A DNA stretch of 64,000 bases from Podarcis melisellensis (taxonomy: Eukaryota). The notes below the pieces were generated by a model, which did not search any database, had not been told where the DNA came from, and worked only from the letters and a program-made list of their open reading frames with translations. A program made the translations under genes and the position numbers. Positions 37,966 to 51,812 of the stretch are shown piece by piece (within the stretch, counting starts at the first letter, position 1; each line of letters opens with the position of its first letter). The DNA is taken from assembly GCA_964234715.1 (NCBI GenBank), contig OZ174276.1; one strand, 5' to 3'.

Positions 37966-40606
37966 GTATGTTACATTAAACAGCATCTGGTAAACTAACT
38001 GAACAATGTCTGTGCCAGACATTATGGAGAGAACAGAGAGAAAAATAAGGAAAAGGAGTTTGTATGCGTGTGGGGAAAAGGATATAAATTAGAGGAAGAG
38101 GGGGAAATGTGAAGAGGAAAGACCGAGGGAAAGAAAGAGCGGGAGGTGCTGGAACTCGGATGGGCTGGCTGGCTGGCTGAGCAAAGTATTAATATATTAG
38201 CATAGGGCCGGGGGGGGGGGGAACTGCTACTATTCCAGGCGATATTTGTCCAGGACAGATATAAAGAAGGAGACCAAGTCACGGACCAGGCATTTCGCAA
38301 GCACAGCACCCTTAACGTTAGCTCCAAAATTAGTAAAAATTGGAGACAGAATCTAACCTTCAGCTCTTCACTCCCCTTCTAAGCATCCGGTCAATTTTAA
38401 CCTGTCGTTTTAAAAGACAGATCCTCTGATAGCCTAGGCGACCTCATTAATTATGCTAGCTTGTAGGATCCGGGTAGGGGACTTGGTGAGGGGAAACAGC
38501 CGTGTGTGTGTGAGTGCGCGCGTCTGTGTTGTTCCAGAGATGCTCCGCACTGATTGATCTATGCAACACAAGGACCATCTGCAAGCTTGAGGGACCTTGA
38601 ACTAGCCTTTCCACATCCTTTGTCGCTTATGGTAGAGGCATTAAATAAAATAAAAGGGCCCAGCGGCTTTTTTGACGGTACCCAAACTGTGGAGAAATGT
38701 TACCTACCTACTCCTGGTCCAGAACCGGCTGTGGAATCAATGAATTCTCATCACCCTTAATGCATTCAGTCTTCTCCTTAATAGCCCCTTATGCTAAGAC
38801 TGTCTATGCCAATTCTTCATGATTAACTGTAATCACTTGCGCACCAAGTCTTTCCCTTCCCATGGCTTCTTGATCTAAAGATGCAGGCTTAAGACTCGAT
38901 ACGAAGTAAGAGTGGTTTGCGGAATAATAATATAAACACTGAAAAAGAGGGGATCTCTATTGAAGCAAAGCGAAAATCTCTCCAGTTACCCCAGCCGGTC
39001 TGTTCCATAACAGATATAAAATAAAGAAACAGCCTGAACTGCTTTTGAAGACACACTTCTCTGTGCGATTGCTCTTCCTTTGTTGCTAAGAAGTGTCTAT
39101 ATAAGCAACGTTTACTGGGAATCCTATCAAGGCCCAATGATAGGAAAAGAAGACAAAATTGTGTTTCACACTACTGCGAGCGCGCTGTCTCTCACGCACC
39201 TCTCAATGTTTGGGAATTGGTGTATGGCGGCTTAATAATATTTTCAGGGCTATACAAAAATGGGATCAGAATAAATAAGGTAATGGGGCGGGTTGGGGGG
39301 GTGTGGGAAGAGAAGAGAAGTTCATTTACAACGTCTTCCACCTTCCTCCCGAGCAATAGTAACGCACGGAGCAGGTCCTTCCAACCTCAACTACATTTTA
39401 GCCAGGCGGGTGAAAGCAACTGAGATGGGGATAGTCATCTCATGCTAGGAATCCCATGGACCTCTCTCCCCCACTCGCCAAACCCTCCCTTCAGCTTCCG
39501 CAAAGAAGTCTCAATGCCTTCTTTTTTTTAAAAAAAGCGCGGGGTGGGGACTTTCCCCCTGCCATCGACCCTTCCAAGGTCTGACACCAATATGTGGCTG
39601 CAACACAGTTAAGATCTGGATAGGCCTTCTCTCCCACACTCGCTACACTCTGATTCCTCTTCCCATGGAAAAGGGGAAAACCCATCATGCAACGCTCTGC
39701 GCAGGCATTGTTGGCAAGCCCTGTCTTATCCGATGGGGTATCCCCTCTCCAGTATTCCTAAGATAAATGTGTGTGTGTGTTCTCCTCCTAACCCCACCCC
39801 CTTATTTATTTATTTCCCCGGTTACTTTATCTTAATCTCTTCGCTCCAATCCATCCATTCGAATCATTAAGAGGGGCCTGTTTATTGATTACAGGGTAGG
39901 GACCCCAAGAGCAAAGGAGACGTCCGCTGGTCTTTCATCTTTCTCCCTCTCCCTCTCGCTCCCTCCCTCCCTGTTCTAAGTGGTAAGGCAATAAGATGAG
40001 CCCGGAGCACTCCCAGCTTTCAGGGTTACTCGCAGGCTGTCACTCATTCCAGATTCCTAACCAGAGGCAAAAGCAGCGCCTTATTTCTCGTTCTCTCCCC
40101 ACTCGTCTTACAAGGTTCATTTGTAAGATTCATGTCACTTGACAGCTACTTCTGTAATTGCAATATGATTTACTGTACCTTTCCGAAAAGCCCAGCCTTT
40201 CTGAGTAAAGAGAAAGAGAGGGGGAGAGAGGGAGAGAGATGCTACCTCTTCCTATGTTCTGAAATTTAATTTAAAATATTCAAAGCGCGCGGGGGGGGGG
40301 GGGAAATCAAAGAAAAAGATAGAGATCCAGGTAAGGGAGCCAACGCAGCGAGGGAAGGAGGGGCACGCACGCACATACACAGACAGACACAGGAGTGCTG
40401 TTGCCAAACTGGCTGCGAAAGCACCCTGGAGCTCCAAGGTATGTATCTGGATATGAGAACCGGCTGCTTTGTTTCACCTTCTTCCCCATACGTGCCCATG
40501 CAAGCGTCCCAAAGCCTATTTTACCTGGGCGGTTAAAGATTATAGCATATGCACGCGATCATGCCGGAGCAAAAAAGCGCAGAAGTCGATCTCAAGAGCA
40601 CCCTAC

Positions 40607-41270
40607 CTGGGAAAGGTGATTTCCAGAGATGGGTAGACTGTGATTGCTCCTTCGAGCAATAGACCTGCCCGTCCCAACCATTAGAAAGAGCCCAGTGTTG
40701 GTATCCTTCCATGGGAAGCAGCGCGTCGTGTCTTGGTTCTGGGTGGCCACTGATACCTGGAACCACTGATACGTCCAAATAACCAGGAACCGCCTGGTAG
40801 GAGCTGGCAAAGCTCGGGTAAAAAGCAAACTCTTTGGCCCTTGAGGATAGTTCTTCGCTGGGGAGGGAGCCGCTGGGCTCGGGGTATTTTTCAGCTGGGT
40901 GGTACGAACAAGGCTTCTGTTGTAAGTTCACGTTGTGGGAATGGGACAATCGGCATCCGTAGTAGCTGCCTCCAAAAGGATAGCCATAGCCCAAGGTGGC
41001 GTTGGAGGAGGCTGGCGGCGCGGGGCACTGCCTGGCGGCATCTGGAGCAGGTATATCCGTGTAGACAGAACCCTGGTGAGTCCCAATGGTGCTGGAATGA
41101 CGACCCAATACCGGGTGACTGATTAAATCCCTGCAGTGGGTAGCTGGGCAGTTCCCACTTAGCCCTTCCATTGCTGGGATTTTATTCTGGTTATTTTCAT
41201 TCGGGTTCTCCTCATACACGTACATGAAGGTATCCGCCCAGCGTGGATGCAAGATCAGTGAAGTCGTCAT
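40607..41270 (-). CDS. HOXC13: Homeobox protein Hox-C13, coding exon 1
   Basis: Translation MTTSLILHPRWADTFMYVYE...YGYPFGGSYYGCRLSHSHNVNLQQKPCSYHP...LSSRAKEFAFYPSF...WALSNGWDGQVYCSKEQSQSTHLWKSPFP is the HOXC13 N-terminal domain. Phase-1 donor CCAG|GTAGGG at 40607/40606; exon 664 nt. Confidence 0.97.
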
Positions 41271-41344
41271 ATCATGGTCTGCCCGAGCTTTTTAAAACTC
41301 GACTTCCCAAAGAGAGACACCTAATTTCCCCAACATATTGTTTA

Positions 41345-41520
41345 CGCAGGAGCATGCGCAGAGGCAGCGCGATGGGTTCGGTTCATTAAGAAATCCGCCG
41401 GGCCACGTGACCTGTAAATAGCTCTCGCTGCAGTTAGCTCGGCCATGTGACCCTCCGGCAGCCCTATCACATTGTTCCTCTTGGCTTGGGGAAGAGAGCG
41501 GCGAGCTCCCATTGGCTGTC
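41345..41520 (-). promoter_or_regulatory. HOXC13 proximal promoter
   Basis: Paired E-boxes GGCCACGTGACC (41401-41412) and GGCCATGTGACC (41441-41452), CCAAT box (ATTGG 41511-41515), NRF1-like GCATGCGCA (41352-41360); CpG-rich. Confidence 0.65.
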
Positions 41521-42963
41521 TCTCCGCGACAGAAACAGAAATCCTTAAAGGCAAAGGGAGACACCCATTGATTGTAAAGAGCGTGGGGAAATAAATAAGG
41601 GGAATGTGGGTGTTTAAAATTTGGCCGACACAAAGAGATTGGGCTATGCCATGCTAGAATCTTTGTGCCTTCAGATATCCTCAGGATTAAATATCAAACT
41701 AATGATAGGAATAATATACTTCAGAAAATCGATTATTTATATATATAAAGCCCTCTCGCTATATAGAATTGACCAGGAGCCTGGTGTCTTATATATCAAT
41801 GAACCGCAGAGGGGAAGGGTAGCTGGGAGTCTGAAAGGTGAGGAAAACCTAGAAATTGTAATACCAAGGGATATGATATAAAGCGAGGTGGCAGGTAGCA
41901 GCCAGTTTATCTGATAAAGAAAAAATAGTGACTATCTGAAGAGGCGCAAAACAAATGAGAGAAGCTCAAATTCTAGAAGACCAAATGACGGACTAGAGCA
42001 AGTGAGCTGGAGCTGTGGGGACTGGGGGCGCTTTTTAAAAAAAAAAAAAAAATCTTAAAATCCGCTTGCTGTCTGTCTGGCTTTCTTCTCCGTCCTTCCC
42101 CCTCCCTGCATCTTCTCTTTCTGGGAATCAAATATTGGATCTTACGGGAAGTAAGGAATCTGGACATTTATCGCCCAGGAAATTGATTTTCTCTCAGTCT
42201 GCTTCAGTCTCAAGAGTGAATGGGGAGATTAATATCTGTTTGCTAAATAAATAAATAAATAATATCAGCGGATACATTTGCTCAAAAGAATTGTGTGTAT
42301 GTTTTTCTTCCAAAGTACAGTACCTTATTTTTCACAGAAGAAGGTATGTGAAATTTTAACCCTTTGTTTGCTTAACAAAAGATCAACGCATACCTGCTCA
42401 TTATAATCGCTTTAGCTTTTATTCTAATTATTAAAAATACAATTTCCCACAGAAGGGACATATTTGACATCTTTAACTCCTCCTTTGTTTCTTTGAGGGT
42501 TATTTCTCTATTTCTTTTTTGTTGATTCTGCTTCAGTATTCTGCTGCTTTTGGGGCACAAAAGAGGAAGAAAGAAAACCGCCCGCCACCTCGCAAGAATA
42601 TAATAGATGCGTCCCAAACGTTTCGACGTTTTATGGGGTCTGTTCCTTGTATGAGTCCAACCCAATAATGCTTAATCTTTCGTGCTCAACCAACTGGGGA
42701 TGTTTTAAAGGGACTGGTTGTGATTATGATATTATGTTATTAATTTTTAATACTTGAGTAGTAAATATCGCAGCAACAATGCCTACTATTGAAAGTGTGT
42801 GAGATATATATATATAATGTTCTCAGTGTTGATTTGTGTGTGTGAAAGAAAATAAATGCAACTCACATCATACAACGTAAACAGGATCGGAGATGGATGG
42901 GTTATAATTAAACAGATGAAATAGAAGAATAGCAGACTACTCTGCCAGAGATTGATGGCTGCG

Positions 42964-42965
<2 letters not shown>

Positions 42966-43005
<40 letters not shown>

Positions 43006-43013
43006 ACACACAC
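42966..43013. repeat. (CA)n microsatellite
   Basis: Visible directly. Confidence 0.95.
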
Positions 43014-45061
43014 AACTTTCTCGGGGACTCATGTCCCCAACATTCAGAATCCCCTCACTGGCCGTTCCTGATTAGATTCTGATCGATGCTTTTGAAATAA
43101 TGTGAAATTTAACTGGAGAACATCAGGAGGACAGGCTCCTTCCACTCCCCCCCCTACCCCCACATTACAAAATATAAGTTTGACAAATCAGTGCATCCAG
43201 ACATGAGGATGATAGTGTGCTAATGAAGCTAGAGCAAAGAATTAATAGTTCAGACTTCCGTCCCGCACACAGCTTACAGGCCAGTGCTGTGCGTGCTTAC
43301 GGGGAAAAAGAAGTCTTACCGAGTTCAATACTTTCAAGCAATATGTACCTTCAAAGAAGGGTCGGTAAGCTTCAGTTCAAGTGAAGTCAATGAAATCCCA
43401 TTGCAGTCTAAGCCTCAGTAGTGGTCAAGATAAGCCAAAAATCTTATGGAACTCTCACCCAACTCTACCTACCCTAAGTTGTTCTTTTCAGTTGAGAACT
43501 TCAATACAAACAACTTTATATGTGATTATAAAGGCAGGTGAAAGTCCACTTGCTCTAAGACATAAGAGCATCAAATGCATGTAGTATAATGTACTGTGTT
43601 AAATAAACATCAATTCACCAGTTAGAATAATCATCATCATTTGCCCATTGTTTGGGAGCATGCCTATCACGTTTGGAGTTCTCAGTATGAATTTCCCCCA
43701 AATTCAATTCAAAATCCTTTATTAGGCATAGAAATTTCCCCAAAATAAATACATTTTTTAAAAAAATCCTCAAATGGCAATGTCTCTATTTGCAGCAGCA
43801 TTTGCTGCCTCCAAACTCCTTAGATCTCCCCGTCATCAAACTGCCATGGTCCAAGCGGAAACTAAAACAATTCCGCCAAAACCCCCAACAAAGAACCCCG
43901 TCTAGAAAATGGCTTTCAGAAATGAAGTCTTTAGCAAACGTTTGGTTTTCTCCTGGAAACGTTCTGCCTTCTCAAATGGACTCCATGCTTTTGAAGCAAC
44001 CGTTGCCCGAAGTCCTTTGGCCACAGCAACCAAATCAGTCCGAAGTCCAAGGTCAAGGCAAAAGAGACAAACTGGCTCGCAATTAGTGTCTAGACAGAAA
44101 AGAATGAACTTCACATATAGTGCCTATGTGGCTGGGAAGCCCTCGAATCCAAAGGAACGGCCATTGCTAGAAACGGGGAGTTGGGAGGGAAGGGGGTCAC
44201 TTTAAATAGTTGGAGGCAAAATAAAGTTAGGGAACCCTGGATGAAATCACATTTTAAAGCAGCGACAAGCAAGACACTTCAAGTTCCTGGAGTTGGTTGC
44301 AAGAGTTGGTGTCCAGAGTGGTTCACATCCCAGTGACCGGTTCTTCAGAAGATATACCTCATTAAAATATAGTTATATAATATATGGGGTATATGGGCAA
44401 TTGACAATATCAGCCCAGAAAGGGTGGGGATACATGCATGAAAAGCTGGACTTCTAATGTGGGTGATGGCGGTGGGGTGAGAGAGTGGCTCCGGTAACAA
44501 AGGACCCAGGTCTGTGCTTGCAGCAGCGAGGAAGACTCTTCCTATCGGAGGAGAGTGAGCGTTCCGAGGTTGCCTTACGGCAGAGGAGACACAATCTGGA
44601 AATGGACAGATTGATGGTAACCATAATAAGGGACACTACTGGGTTGTGCTTGGTTTTGAATTCGTGCAGAACAAAAACCTCATTTCTAGGATGCTTGCTT
44701 GCTTATTTATTTATTTATTTATTTAGGTGTGCTTCCTGAGTAAGGAGGAGAATAGTGGTATTAGTAAATAAGCAAAAGATGTCCGGTATTTATTTATTTC
44801 TTTATTTATTGAATGAACGCAAGGCCATTTACAATTCCTATTTCAATGACATATAGGTTTAATTAAAATTGGGGTTTTTACAATTCCGTTTATTGTGGCA
44901 CATTTGCGACAGGGAAAACGGGGGAAAACAGCAAAGACGAAAACTCGAGGAAAATTTGCACATTTCATGCTTCGGGAAATTAACACTGGCTTTAAACTTC
45001 GGTGGAAATTGCAAAATAAATAAGGCCGGAGGAATGAATCCATCCAGCCTTTTGTAAGAAA

Positions 45062-45101
<40 letters not shown>

Positions 45102-45401
45102 AAGGAAGTGGGGGTGGGTTTGCATTTCTTAAACAGCAGGTTTATCCCACGGCCTGGCGTCCCCTTCATTTATCTGCCTTGTCTTGAGCTGCTTTTCATT
45201 TCATAAATTGCTTAGCGGTATCTCATTTAAACGGGCTGATCTTGCTAAGATACGGAGCTGTGGATTGATAGCAGGAGTCAATTCTAGTGGGTTAATTAAC
45301 TTAAAAATGCATAAGGAGGCTTCTATCTCCGGGGGAAGAACACCGAGCAGATCTGTTTACTACATTTGCCGTGATGCAGTATATTAAAAGGGCCCCAATG
45401 C

Positions 45402-45402
45402 A

Positions 45403-45462
<60 letters not shown>
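45402..45462. repeat. (AAAG)n microsatellite
   Basis: Visible directly; (GT)n also at 45066-45098. Confidence 0.95.
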
Positions 45463-46245
45463 CATTTTCTTGGACTATATTAGTATCAGGTATCTGTTGT
45501 TATTGCCGATAAGGGGTACATCTCCCAACCGCCTCCTCAGAACAGTCTATGAGAACAATGCGATAAAAATATAAGTAAGAGCACTGAATAATTTTCGGTA
45601 TGGAAGTCGACATATACTGTGAAGTAAGTCTCACTCTGTTCAAGAAAGCTTACTCCCAGGTAACGATGTATAAAATTGCAGTCCCACATGCTAGTAAGAC
45701 CCATCTATATGCCTGGGATCCGACTCTTTATGTGTGAAAAAAACCTGTTCAGCCGAAAACAAGTTGCATAAGAACAATAACATAAATTTCAGATTGGAAA
45801 CCAGGAGGAGGAAGTAAATGCCAAATTCTTTATTAGTTTGATTGCAAAGTATATGATCTGATTTAGGAAATGAGGGGTGTATTTTTAAAATAATTAAATC
45901 AAAGTCCATCAATTGTTTGGGAACAATTGTCAATATTATACAATATTATACAATAGGTATTATCTATTGTAGGAGACAGAAAGTCTATGAGAGCGGTAAG
46001 TTTATTTCCCCCAGTACATTATTGTTAGAGAACTTTTGTCACCTGGACGGATTTTTTCCATGCTGTATGACATTTCTGTCAAAAGTCCAGAAACTAGCCT
46101 GACCTGATTAAGACATGAATCCAATACCTTCCATTTGTAAAGTGCTAGAACCCGGTGATGCAAATTCATGTATCTTCTCACCCCTACAAAAATTAGAAAT
46201 AAACATGTTTCCATTAAAATATATACTGTTTATAAACAGAGTCAT

Positions 46246-46423
46246 AGCACAATTCTATACACTCTGATCAGAAGTAAGTCCTATTGAAGTCGGCAAGGTT
46301 TGCTCCTTCTGCAAGTATAGGATTGCAGCATTACAGTGCAATTCTAAGCAGGACTACTCAGAAGTAAGCCCCACTAAGTTCAGTGGTACCTACTCCCAGG
46401 TAAGTGGGCATAAGATTGAATCC
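46246..46423. repeat. Two tandem copies of hairpin element family A (about 85-90 bp each)
   Basis: Best copy 46335-46423: AGTGCAATTCTAAGCAGGACTACTCAGAAGTAAGCCCCACTAAGTTCAGTGGTACCTACTCCCAGGTAAGTGGGCATAAGATTGAATCC, an imperfect palindrome. Copy 46246-46329 has the same core. Confidence 0.75.
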
Positions 46424-48302
46424 CTAATGTATGACCTGTGGGTAAAAACTTTTTTAAAAAAGTGTAGATCTTAATTCACTACAGTGGGGACATGTAAGTA
46501 TATTTTCATGCGAATTAGGGCATACAAACAGTGGGGGGGATAGCACCCCCGGAATATCTACACAGGGATAGTTAAAGGGGTTCACACAGGCAACAAAGTC
46601 AATAGGAAGCTGTGGAAGTTAACATTTCATATGCACACTAGAAGACCAGCAATCCAAAAGTAGTTCCTTGGATGCCCAGAGATATTTATAACTTCCTCAA
46701 CATACCCATCTGGTGTAATGATTTATTTGTAGTATGTGTTGTTATTTCAAAGGAAACATTTTAAAACACACACAAACCATAGGTATCCTTTCCATCTTCC
46801 TGCCACTGGTGGCTTTTGTGGCATCTCTTTATTCTTCCTCGCATTTCAGCCCATTGGTGGTTCCACCACTGAATTTTCTTTGTCCATAAATACTGTAGTC
46901 TGTAATTTTGGCTTTTCGGACCAGTTGCTCCCCACACCGCTGCAGAATCCCCATGGCAGATTCCCACAGTAATCTTTATATTAGCATTTCTAGCCCTTGC
47001 ATCAACAAGGAAATCTGTTGGGTCTGCCCGTCACTCGCCACGAAAGGCCCTATAATAAATATAGGGTTGGAAGGGAATTCTCTCATTCCATCAACATGCT
47101 GGGCAAGGAACATAGATTTTGAGCCATCAAGGGAAAACAAAATGCCCCGTACGGGGATATTTTAGCATTAACTGCATATAATTCCCCCCTGGAATGCAAA
47201 TTTAGCCAAGAAATTGTAACTCTCCGTCTCACGTTATACAAGCACTGTACGTTCTTTCTTCTACACCCCCCTTTCTTGCTTTGTGTGTGTATAAATATGT
47301 GTTTTCTTTGGTTTTTCAAAGACTCGTCTTCTGTTTTTGTTCAAACATGTTCAGTACAAAGCTAAAGCTTTGCAAACTTCTCCGCTCCATTTTGGAGAAA
47401 ATTAATGGTCATGGTTCCTTCACGGCAGAACTGAATGAATATAATTGTCCCAGGATTTTTGGATTCTCTCCAAGGTGTAGCAGAAGACTCTGAAAGTTTG
47501 TAAATCCCCCCTCGCAACCGACTGACTGCACACAGGGTTGTGTGTGGAAAATGGCAGGTCAGTGTGTGTGTTCATACCCAAAGCTGTGGGAGACAATAGG
47601 CGAAGCATCCACCATCCTATTTCCCCTACTTATTTTTCCCCTATTGACCATCATGAATTCCAGCAATTCACTTCTAAGCACATTTCTAAGATGTCCTCGG
47701 AGTACATCGGCTTCAAAGAGAACGTTGACATCATAGGCAGAGACGGTTCTCCAGAAAATCCAGGCGCCGTTCCGCTGCTCCTTCCTCCACGGGTTGGGGC
47801 CCAAGGAATCGTCACAGAGTGGAATTGCCTCGAGAAATGGGTTTAGCCATGTTTTTAGCCATTCCTCGGAGTGAATTTCTGTCCTCCTAGTAACATGTCA
47901 CGTCCTGGAGGCCTGTAGAAGTCTAGAATTTCACAGGGGCCCAGCCTCCTGGCTCACTTGTTCATTGTTTTGCCTGGCGCTGCAATGAGAAGAACTCTAA
48001 TTATTATTACAATAAAACAAGTGTTAGTGGGTGCTGAAATCAGTGCATTTATTTATCTGACGATGGTGGTGATGGTGATTATGATGATACTAATAGGATC
48101 CTTCCCTTGTCTTCCTTTGTTCCTTGTCATCCTTTCTCTATGCCACCCCCTTAGAATTTTCGCAATAGAGGCGGTTCAATCTCCATTGGTCGTCTTTTTC
48201 CCCATCCCATCCCTCAAGAAACGGCGCATTTCCTTTCTTTTCTTTTTAAAAAAAACATAAAACACCCTCTATTTTTCCTCGCCTTATTTTCTGTAGGGTA
48301 GC

Positions 48303-48386
48303 TCCTTCCTTCCTTCCTTCCTTCCTTCCTTCCTTCCTTCCTTCCTTCCTTCCTTCCTTCCTTCCTTCCTTCCTTCCTTCCTTCTT
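48303..48386. repeat. (CCTT)n microsatellite
   Basis: Visible directly; (GT)n followed by CGCGCG also at 48829-48878. Confidence 0.95.
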
Positions 48387-48825
48387 CTCTTCCTTTATTT
48401 CCTCTATCTCTTTAGGGAGGCCCTCAAACTTTTCCCCTTTCCATTCTCATTCCACTCCTTTCCTCCAGGATGAAAGTGAAGATGGTCTTGCTTCTGGATG
48501 CTAGGGATAAACAAACAAATAAATACCTCTTTCGTCGTAGGCTCTGACACATCATAACCTAATGTGACGTTCCTTCCAGCTGGCAGCGCTATGTAGTTCT
48601 TTGCAGCGACTGAATGGAGGCAGTCACAGCATGGAATACAGGAGGTCAACTATCCCCTTCATTAGAGCGTGCCCCCCCTTTCCTCCTAAAGGAGTATTCG
48701 CATCTTTCACCCCCACACCAATACACCCCCTCTACTCACACACGCATACTTTGTCTTTCTCTCTCCCTATAAGCATCGGTCTTAAGGACAAAAGGCTATG
48801 GGAAAATGGGGGACTTGTTCCAGAA

Positions 48826-48871
<46 letters not shown>

Positions 48872-49695
48872 CGCGCGCCCTTTATATATTCTTAGTTCCG
48901 ATGACTTCTCGGTGATGATTTTACACTCTTTTTAATAGAGCACTTTACCCGTTAGGAAATGATTCAGAGGCAGACAAATAAAAATATCTCCTCCAGCTTA
49001 GTGCCCTGTCTGGTCGGAAGTCCAAGTTCATTTCCAAGTTAAAAGAGGCGGCAGCCTTTCATTCTAAAGTCACAATGAGAAGGAGGGCCCCCCGTTTGGC
49101 CTTGTTGTTTGTGTCAACAAACGGGACACCTCCGAAGGTATTTATCGCTTTGCATCGTTTGGTCGACAATGTTCTTCAGAGGCAGCTGAAGGAAGCAAGG
49201 GAGATTTTATGTCTCTTCCTCTCTCTGGGAGTTCTCACACTTCATTTTTTAATTTAAAATAATAATAATATGATTTCCTAAATGAGAGCATTAGGAAGTC
49301 TAACAATAGAATTATCCATATCCACACCCTGAGTCTCCCTGATGCCAGAATAGTTGTTGACTATGGAAAACATCTAAGGAAAAGAATATTGCGATGCAAC
49401 CAGCAGGCCTCTGTGGGAAAAATCAGTGTCTTTGATTACATAAAGTTGTATTCAACAGCACTGAGGCAGGAAGGGTGTCCCATCAGGTATGTAACAATTC
49501 TTACTTTGTTTTCTTTCTTCCTCTGCCTTCCTCTTTTTAATTGCATTTATAATCTCTTTCTCCGGCTAATCTAAGGGGAAACCATGGGAGCCTCAGGCTG
49601 TGATGTGGAGCGCACCTATTTAGCACCTACCTAAACAGGAGAAGGTTGACTTGGCAATAAAGTTGGTTGACTCCAAATAAAGAATTGGAATGCTA

Positions 49696-49781
49696 GGCTG
49701 CAAGCCTATACACCTTTATTCGGGATTAAGCCCCCTGAATTTAGTGAGACTTACTTCTGAGCAGCCACATAAGATTACACT
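49696..49781. repeat. Family A hairpin element, TA-flanked
   Basis: TA|GGCTGCAAGCCTATACACCTTTATTCGGGATTAAGCCCCCTGAATTTAGTGAGACTTACTTCTGAGCAGCCACATAAGATTACACT|TA. Confidence 0.7.
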
Positions 49782-51812
49782 TATGCAATGGCCTTTTATA
49801 TTTTATCGTTGTTGTTTTTGAGATGAGCATCAAATTTCGGCAGAAAAAAAATTATTTCCACGCAATGCCGAAATCTGGTGTTGGCAATGTAACTGCTGGA
49901 AGAGTTACTGGACATCGTTTTGACGTCCAATGAAATGTACAGTGAATGTTGCAACTTTTTTAAAAGCCCTCAATGATCTCCCAAATATCTTCTGGGGAAT
50001 GCCTGAACACCTGAGGTTTGCATATGCTAGAAGCAAAAAGTAGAACTTTTCTAGTCTCTAAAGTAAACAGGAAATGGTTTCTCGAAACTTCCCGATGCAA
50101 TCCACCCCCGATTTTTCAGATGCCCTCAGATTACTCAAGTTGGCAATAAATTCCTGTAAACAACAACAACCGGACGTCCATTCGCTATATGGCCACTTGG
50201 AGCCTCCATCTCTGGAAAACCATTGCCATGATTATTCCTGCCGCTCCAGTAGCCTTTTCGTTGTCTTGAAAGTCTTATCCTGACGACAGACTTTCGACTG
50301 GATAGCAACAATGCCCTGCACATAAGGGGCTATCTTAAATATTAAGGATAATAAACGCCCCTCACTTGTTGTATGATACCTTCGTGGACCCAGCCGGCAC
50401 AACACACACACACGTGTCTTTTCTTTATATGCCTACTGTGCGTTCATCGTATGTGTTTAGGGGTATATTGCTGAATTGAAGACTTTCCCCCTCAAGAACG
50501 ATCATTTCTAATGGCTATATAAATTCTCCTTTTCAAAGTTAGTGTCAAAAGTCTGCCAAAGTCTGCCAGAGTCTTCCCTTGTGAGCTCTGTCTACAGTTG
50601 TTTAGTGGGATTTGCTGCAACAGGGCATTAAAACAAATTTATATTTTACTCCCCCAACGCCTGTGCCTTTGTGCTCATGTTAAGTCATCCTCCTTGCATA
50701 ACTCCATTTCATCATTGAGAACGGAAAGGGACCCTTAAACCAAAGAATTGTCAGTTCCTTCCACCCACACGTACATGGCTGAGGGACCCGCCATCTTTCC
50801 TCCTTGGATACGAAGATAACTATGCATTTCTATTGTAAGCAATGAAAAAAGAATCTCTGTTAACCGTAAGGAACAGAGAATCATCGACCTGTGATAACAC
50901 GACAGCAGCAGTGTTGGCTTCTTGTTCCTAAAAAATGCAAGGGCAAAACCTCTCGTTTACTGCAGTACAGCAGAATCGCAGTCTTTGAGAATTACTTGGC
51001 ATATTGTAATCGAAACGATATTCTGTATGTGTGTGTGCGGGAGTGAGAGAGAGATGACCACATGCTTACTGAGAAAGAAGACCCACTGATGTTAAACTTG
51101 CTTTGGATCGCTCTGCATGTTTGTCCTGGGACGTACACTGGGCTGGTGGATTTAGTAGACCTTCTATAATCAGCAAGAATTCATGGAGGCGCGGGAAACT
51201 ATAGGGCAGATAATATTAATTGACTGATTAATTCACCGACCCTGAAAAGGGTGGCACACTCTGATAGCCAACACATAAACTCGAACAATGTGTGCCAAGT
51301 ATACAGTTTACCCACCACGCTGCCAAGGGGTGTCACCTCTCCGCTGCTCTGCAGCATTTATGGTCAGCTGCTGAGCTGTGCAACAGGAATGCGCCTTGTA
51401 ACCTATACCACCAGAGGTATGAATTATTTACAGCCCGCATTTCCAGCAGCAATCTCACACATGTGAGATATGAAGGCTTTGAAATGGTCTCAGTACCTGG
51501 CTCGAAAGACTCCTTGCCATAGTGCTTATCAAATGGTGATGTGTTGGTTTCCCTTAACCCACCTCTAGGAAAGGTAGTTGCTCCATTCACACTGTATGTA
51601 CAGGATGGGGATTTTGACAGATTTCTGACAAATATGCCGAAGGGCTACTGCCTTGTCTCCACGTGATATTGAGAAGGCTCAAAAGTCGAGGGGGAACAAA
51701 CAAATAACCAGGCAGAAAGATTCTCATTCTCTTCTCTTTTGTCCACACGCTCCTGTGTGTGCTTAGGCAGACAATGATTATAGCTACATAATATGCTCCC
51801 AAGTTCCTATAA

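Noticed and set aside
40533-40606. C-terminal extension of the HOXC13 exon 1 ORF
   Set aside because: Intron read-through beyond the canonical donor.
46246-46423. Family A/B hairpins as miRNA precursors or a CRISPR-like array
   Set aside because: Dispersed, highly degenerate, irregularly spaced TA-flanked copies in a vertebrate genome; no match to Hox miRNAs I know (miR-196, miR-10, miR-615).
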